This document shows, piece after piece, positions 60,073 through 64,000 of a DNA stretch of 64,000 nt (position 1 is its first letter; every line of letters starts with the position of its first letter). Source of the DNA: Omnitrophica WOR_2 bacterium RIFOXYA2_FULL_38_17 (GTDB taxonomy: Bacteria; Omnitrophota; Gorgyraeia; Zapsychrales; Zapsychraceae); the NCBI GenBank assembly GCA_001805965.1, contig MHHG01000055.1, positions 3,680-67,679 on the forward strand, in the 5' to 3' direction. Below the pieces are notes generated by a model. That model had not been told where the DNA came from. It was given only the letters and a program-made list of their open reading frames with translations, and ran no database searches. The translations under genes and the position numbers were made by a program.

Positions 60073-60521
60073 TATTTTTGTTTATAGTATTTTTCAATGG
60101 ATTGTTTAATATCAGTAGTAGTGCTTACAAAGACCTGAACAATACATCCTGTCATAAGTTCAATATCTTCTGAAGCTTTTAGATTCAACGGGTCAGACAT
60201 TGCTATTGTTAAACTTTTACCTATCTTATCAATCGGAATAAGACAAAACTGCCTGCACACTTTTTCGGGGATCGCATTTATAACTTCATCATCAATTTCA
60301 TAATTCAGTAAGGGCAAATAAGGAAAGCCATACTGACATGTTATTGCCTGTGCAATATCTTTCTCTGTAGCAAAATTCAACTCAACAAGAACTTCACCTA
60401 TCAATCCACCATGCTTTTCCCTGTATTCCAGAGCCTCTTCTATTTGGGCATGATTTATAACTCCTCTTTCGATAAGAAGTTCTCCCAGTTTTTTATGTGT
60501 ATCTCTATTGAATTGTTTCAT
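60072..60521 (-). CDS. Standalone T2SSE_N / MshEN-like domain protein (149 aa)
   Basis: KLGELLIERGVINHAQIEEALEYR and LIGEVLVELNFATEKDIAQAITCQ tandem motifs, then PYLPLLNYEID...IPEKVCRQFCLIPI...LTIAMSDPLN matching PilB N-domains. ATGA overlap with pilB-2. Confidence 0.6.
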   Translation of the reverse strand: MKQFNRDTHKKLGELLIERGVINHAQIEEALEYREKHGGLIGEVLVELNFATEKDIAQAITCQYGFPYLPLLNYEIDDEVINAIPEKVCRQFCLIPIDKIGKSLTIAMSDPLNLKASEDIELMTGCIVQVFVSTTTDIKQSIEKYYKQK

Positions 60522-60700
60522 TGAAATCTAAAACTGATTTTTATAGTGTTATTAAGCAGAGTAATTCTACTATACTTATAAAAACATAACAATTAGTAAT
60601 TAACAGTTTATTAAAAATATACCAAAATTCTTAACGCTCGTTAAATTCAAAATATCTCTTTTTTTGTGTAAAATAAACTAAAAACATCCTACAACTTTTA

Positions 60701-61069
60701 TTATCCGGTCAATCTTTTAATGCTGGAAAGCAGTTCCTCAGGATTGTAAGGCTTCATTAAATATTCATCAGCGCCCGCTTCTTTCCCCCAGAACTTGTCG
60801 CTCTCCGAAGTTTTAGCGGTTAAAAGTATAACCGGAATATGTGCTGTTTCAAGGCCATCTTTTATCATACGACAAACCTTATATCCGTTTGGAGCGGGCA
60901 TCATAACATCCAAAATTACCAGGTCTGGATGATATTCTTTGGTTAAACTTAAAGCCTCTTCGCCATTGGTTCCAGTGATTATTTCATATCCGTTCGCTTT
61001 TAAACGCAAACTTATCAGTTTAACAATCTCAGGCTCATCATCAATAATTAATATCTTTTTTCCCGACAT
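60701..61069 (-). CDS. Single-domain CheY-like response regulator (receiver only)
   Basis: ILIIDDEPEI...DLVILDVMMP...LLTAK receiver signature (phospho-acceptor Asp in LDVMMP). 122 aa, no output domain. Confidence 0.85.
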   Translation of the reverse strand: MSGKKILIIDDEPEIVKLISLRLKANGYEIITGTNGEEALSLTKEYHPDLVILDVMMPAPNGYKVCRMIKDGLETAHIPVILLTAKTSESDKFWGKEAGADEYLMKPYNPEELLSSIKRLTG

Positions 61070-61146
61070 ATTTTCCTTTCAGAAACATATGAATTATCAA
61101 CACCTGCATTTATAAAAAGCTGTCAAGTGTTGATACAGAATGATGA

Positions 61147-61521
61147 TCATTTTTCCTTTAAAATATGTTCAATAATATCTATCCGGCTAACAATTCCAAC
61201 AACCTTTTTTTCCTTTATTACAGGCACTCTCTTTATATTCTTTTTAACCAGCAACCTACTGACATCTTCAACCAAATCATCCTCACTAATACTAATAACA
61301 TCCTTCGAATAAAACTCCTTAACGAGAGCATCCTTTGACCCAAGAAAATCATATGCAACTAAAAAATCCTTTTCAGTAACTACTCCGACAGCCTCCAGAT
61401 TATCATTAACAACTATTAGACCGCTTATATTATTTGACAAAAGAAGCCGCATCCCTTCTTCAATCTTAGCCTCTGGCTTTATAGTTACTACGTTAGTGGT
61501 CATAATATCCTTTGCTTGCAT
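61147..61521 (-). CDS. CBS-pair domain protein
   Basis: The 124-aa ORF has two CBS motifs (DIMTTNVVTIKPEAKIEEG... and VPVIKEKKVVGIVSRIDII). Confidence 0.8.
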   Translation of the reverse strand: MQAKDIMTTNVVTIKPEAKIEEGMRLLLSNNISGLIVVNDNLEAVGVVTEKDFLVAYDFLGSKDALVKEFYSKDVISISEDDLVEDVSRLLVKKNIKRVPVIKEKKVVGIVSRIDIIEHILKEK

Positions 61522-61577
61522 AATTTACCTCCAATGATCTTAAAAAGTTTTTTTAAAAACAGCATTAAATATGTAAG

Positions 61578-63911
61578 TTAGGTCAATCTTTCAATTAAAT
61601 CTATTACAACATTGATGTTGCCAGACTTTTCTATTATTGGGATTTCACCAAGTTCACCACATTCTTCCTTAACCTCACTTAAACGTTTATCTGTAAGAAC
61701 TATTATCGGGATCGCTGCGTACTGAGAATTCTGTTTTAATCTTCCCAAAACCTCATATCCGTTCATATTTGGCATGACAATATCAAGCAATATTAAATCT
61801 GTTTTTTTTGTTTTTAAATAATCCAGCGCCTCTTCACCATCAAAAACCTGTTCTGTAATAATGCCGTAGCGGCCCAATCTTGTTGAAAGCAATCTTCCGA
61901 TCTGCGGATGATCATCAACAATCAATACTTTTTTCTTTTTTTCGCATTCTTCTAAAGCCCTTATTGCTAATTCATTCTTATTCCGACCATCTTTTGGATG
62001 GAAAGCCAATCCAAACTTTACTTTTATCCCCAAGTCATCTTTCATCATGGCAATTCTCTCACGCAAAGCGCCCTTTATTTTCTCTAATAAGACCATCCCG
62101 CCTTTTTTATCTGTATCAGCAAGGGCAATATGAATTGTATCTTTATCATATAAGATATATTTATCTGTTGTCCTTGAAAGCGATCTTGACAATATTTCAA
62201 AAGCAATATTTATGATTTTATTAGCAAATGCTTCTCCATACTTGGTCATGACCATATCAATGCCCATAAAACGAGCAACAATAAAAACAGAATCCTTATT
62301 CTTTATTTTTGTCTCTGAAAATATCCAATCAACATCATGATCAAATTTTTGCTTTAATTTCAATTTGCTTGGAAGAGTAAAAAAGAAAGTTGCACCCTTA
62401 CCTGTCTCGCTCTCTGCCCAGATTTGCCCGTCATGAAGGTCAATTAAAGATTTGCTTATAGTCAAGCCTAAGCCCGTACCTTTTATTCCCGGGCCATGTA
62501 TTCTTCCAAATTGGGTAAATTTATCAAAAAGCTTTGGGATATTCTCCTTTTCAATCCCCAAACCCGTATCTGAAATCCTAAACAGGCATCCTCCATCCTG
62601 CTCATTGATCTCAATCTCTATTTCGCCACCTTCAGGTGTAAATTTATGAGCATTATTCAATAAATTTGTAACGACCTGTATTATTTTATCTTCATCAAGA
62701 AATATAAACATTTCCTTTTCTGGGAATATTGCTCTTATCTTTTGCTGCTTTGTATCTAAAACCTTTCTATATTCATCCGTCAATTTATTTATTATTGCTT
62801 TTAGGTCAACAATGGTCTTTCTAAGAGTGATCTCTCCGGATTCTATTTTAGAAACATCTAATAGATCATTCACAATTGTTTGTAACCTGTGAAGATTGTC
62901 CTTTGAAGCATTTAAAAGCTCTTTTTGCTGTTCATTAATTCCGCCAACAACGCCATCTAAAATAAGGTTTATGCACTCAGTTGATATCGCCAGCGGAGTC
63001 CTTAACTCATGGGAAACAGTGGAAACAAAATCAGATTTCAATTGATCTAATTTTTTTAGTTCCAAATTCTTTCTTTCAAGATTCTTATACAGATTCTTAA
63101 TTGATTCGTTAGTTTTTTGTAGCCCCCAGGATTGTTGTTCCAGCTTATCTCTAGCATTATCTAAATCTTTTTCAGCACTTTTTTTTGCTGTAATATCACT
63201 AAATGATTCGATACCGCCAATAATATGGCCCTCATCATTTTTTAAGATGTCAGAATTCTTAAGAATAGTTATTCTTTCACCATTTTTTCTCTTAATAGAA
63301 CACTCGGTCTCAACAATCGGCTTCTCTACATCATTACTATAAAGCCCGCAGTAAGACTCACAGGGATATTCAGCGAATATATCGCATTTTTTACCAATAA
63401 CCTCTTGGGCGGTATATCCTGTAAGCTCTTCGGCCTTTTTATTCCAGCCAGTTACAACTTTGTTTTCATCAACAGTAAATACAGCGCTCGGAACAACTCT
63501 AAAAATGCGCTCCAAATCCTTATTTGCTTTAATTACAGCTTCCTCAGCATGCTTATACACTGTTATGTCGCTCATTAAATGAATTGAGCCTAATAAATCT
63601 TTATTATCATCAAAAAGAGGTGCCGTTCGGATAAAGAACCATTTATTAAAAATAGGCTCCCAATGCTCCTTTTGTTCATATTTTTTTGAGTCCTTTAGAA
63701 CACAGTATGGACAATCAGATATAGGCTGGTTCTTAGAATGTATGACCTCATAACATTTCTTGTTCAATAAAGCACTTTCATCCTTGCCAATAAACTTTAA
63801 AAAAGCCTTGTTCACTTTCTTTATTCCATTCTCTAGATCAAGAATAAAGATGAAATCTTCTAAAACATCAAAAGCTGGAGACCAAAACCGATTATAATCA
63901 AGATTTTTCAT
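61578..63911 (-). CDS. Hybrid sensor histidine kinase: two PAS domains, HisKA-HATPase, degenerate GGDEF-like domain, C-terminal receiver
   Basis: H-box VSHELRTPL; G-boxes ISDTGLGI and GTGLGLTI. The inter-domain segment IDMVMTKYGEAFANKII...RTTDKYILYDKDTIHIALADTD aligns to GGDEF, with GGDEF replaced by DKDTI and RxxD five residues upstream. C-terminal VLIVDDHP...LLDIVMP receiver. Confidence 0.8.
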   Translation of the reverse strand: MKNLDYNRFWSPAFDVLEDFIFILDLENGIKKVNKAFLKFIGKDESALLNKKCYEVIHSKNQPISDCPYCVLKDSKKYEQKEHWEPIFNKWFFIRTAPLFDDNKDLLGSIHLMSDITVYKHAEEAVIKANKDLERIFRVVPSAVFTVDENKVVTGWNKKAEELTGYTAQEVIGKKCDIFAEYPCESYCGLYSNDVEKPIVETECSIKRKNGERITILKNSDILKNDEGHIIGGIESFSDITAKKSAEKDLDNARDKLEQQSWGLQKTNESIKNLYKNLERKNLELKKLDQLKSDFVSTVSHELRTPLAISTECINLILDGVVGGINEQQKELLNASKDNLHRLQTIVNDLLDVSKIESGEITLRKTIVDLKAIINKLTDEYRKVLDTKQQKIRAIFPEKEMFIFLDEDKIIQVVTNLLNNAHKFTPEGGEIEIEINEQDGGCLFRISDTGLGIEKENIPKLFDKFTQFGRIHGPGIKGTGLGLTISKSLIDLHDGQIWAESETGKGATFFFTLPSKLKLKQKFDHDVDWIFSETKIKNKDSVFIVARFMGIDMVMTKYGEAFANKIINIAFEILSRSLSRTTDKYILYDKDTIHIALADTDKKGGMVLLEKIKGALRERIAMMKDDLGIKVKFGLAFHPKDGRNKNELAIRALEECEKKKKVLIVDDHPQIGRLLSTRLGRYGIITEQVFDGEEALDYLKTKKTDLILLDIVMPNMNGYEVLGRLKQNSQYAAIPIIVLTDKRLSEVKEECGELGEIPIIEKSGNINVVIDLIERLT

Positions 63912-64000
63912 AGTGTTTAAATACCGTTTTTACAAATTCAATAAAGACTAATATAGATTATAGCAATTTTTGCTTGCCATATAATAAGTATTGCAAAATT

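Overview
This 64-kb window is a chromosomal segment from an AT-rich bacterium (GC in the mid-30s % by eye). LpxL-family and secretin genes suggest a diderm (outer-membrane-bearing) cell, and the ribosomal proteins carry unusual K-rich or acidic extensions. All of the roughly 85 supported genes lie on the minus strand; the plus-strand ORFs in the supplied track are antisense artefacts. I saw no rRNA, CRISPR array or mobile element.

Gene order from high to low coordinate:
- Type IVa pilus locus: hybrid histidine kinase, CBS-pair protein, CheY-like receiver, standalone T2SSE_N protein, pilB paralogue 2, pilB paralogue 1, standalone T2SSE_N protein, pilC, a secreted coiled-coil protein, a pilin gene (pilA) with terminator, and pilM-pilN-pilO-pilP-like-pilQ.
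- Housekeeping block: rng, rplU, obg, proB, proA, nadD, a phosphohexomutase, plsC, rpsA and tyrS.
- Ribosomal and transcription supercluster: tRNA-Thr, rpmG, tRNA-Trp, secE, nusG, rplK-A-J-L, rpoB, rpoC, rpsL, rpsG, fusA, tuf, then the S10, spc and alpha operons through rplQ.
- Left end: an aminotransferase, a pilT placed far from the pilus locus, icd, lipB overlapping a standalone lipoyl-domain gene, and three glycolipid or lipid-A-type transferases.

The most interesting region is the pilus locus (55.9-63.9 kb). Two PilB/GspE-type ATPases are bracketed by two standalone ~150-aa proteins made only of the PilB/GspE N-terminal (MshEN-like) fold. Each carries tandem RLGxxLLxxGxI...ALxxQ-type motifs like those reported to bind c-di-GMP in MshE. 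The adjacent hybrid kinase has a degenerate GGDEF domain that keeps an RxxD I-site at the canonical spacing. Together these suggest a c-di-GMP-gated, dual-motor type IV pilus system; all of this is inference from sequence.
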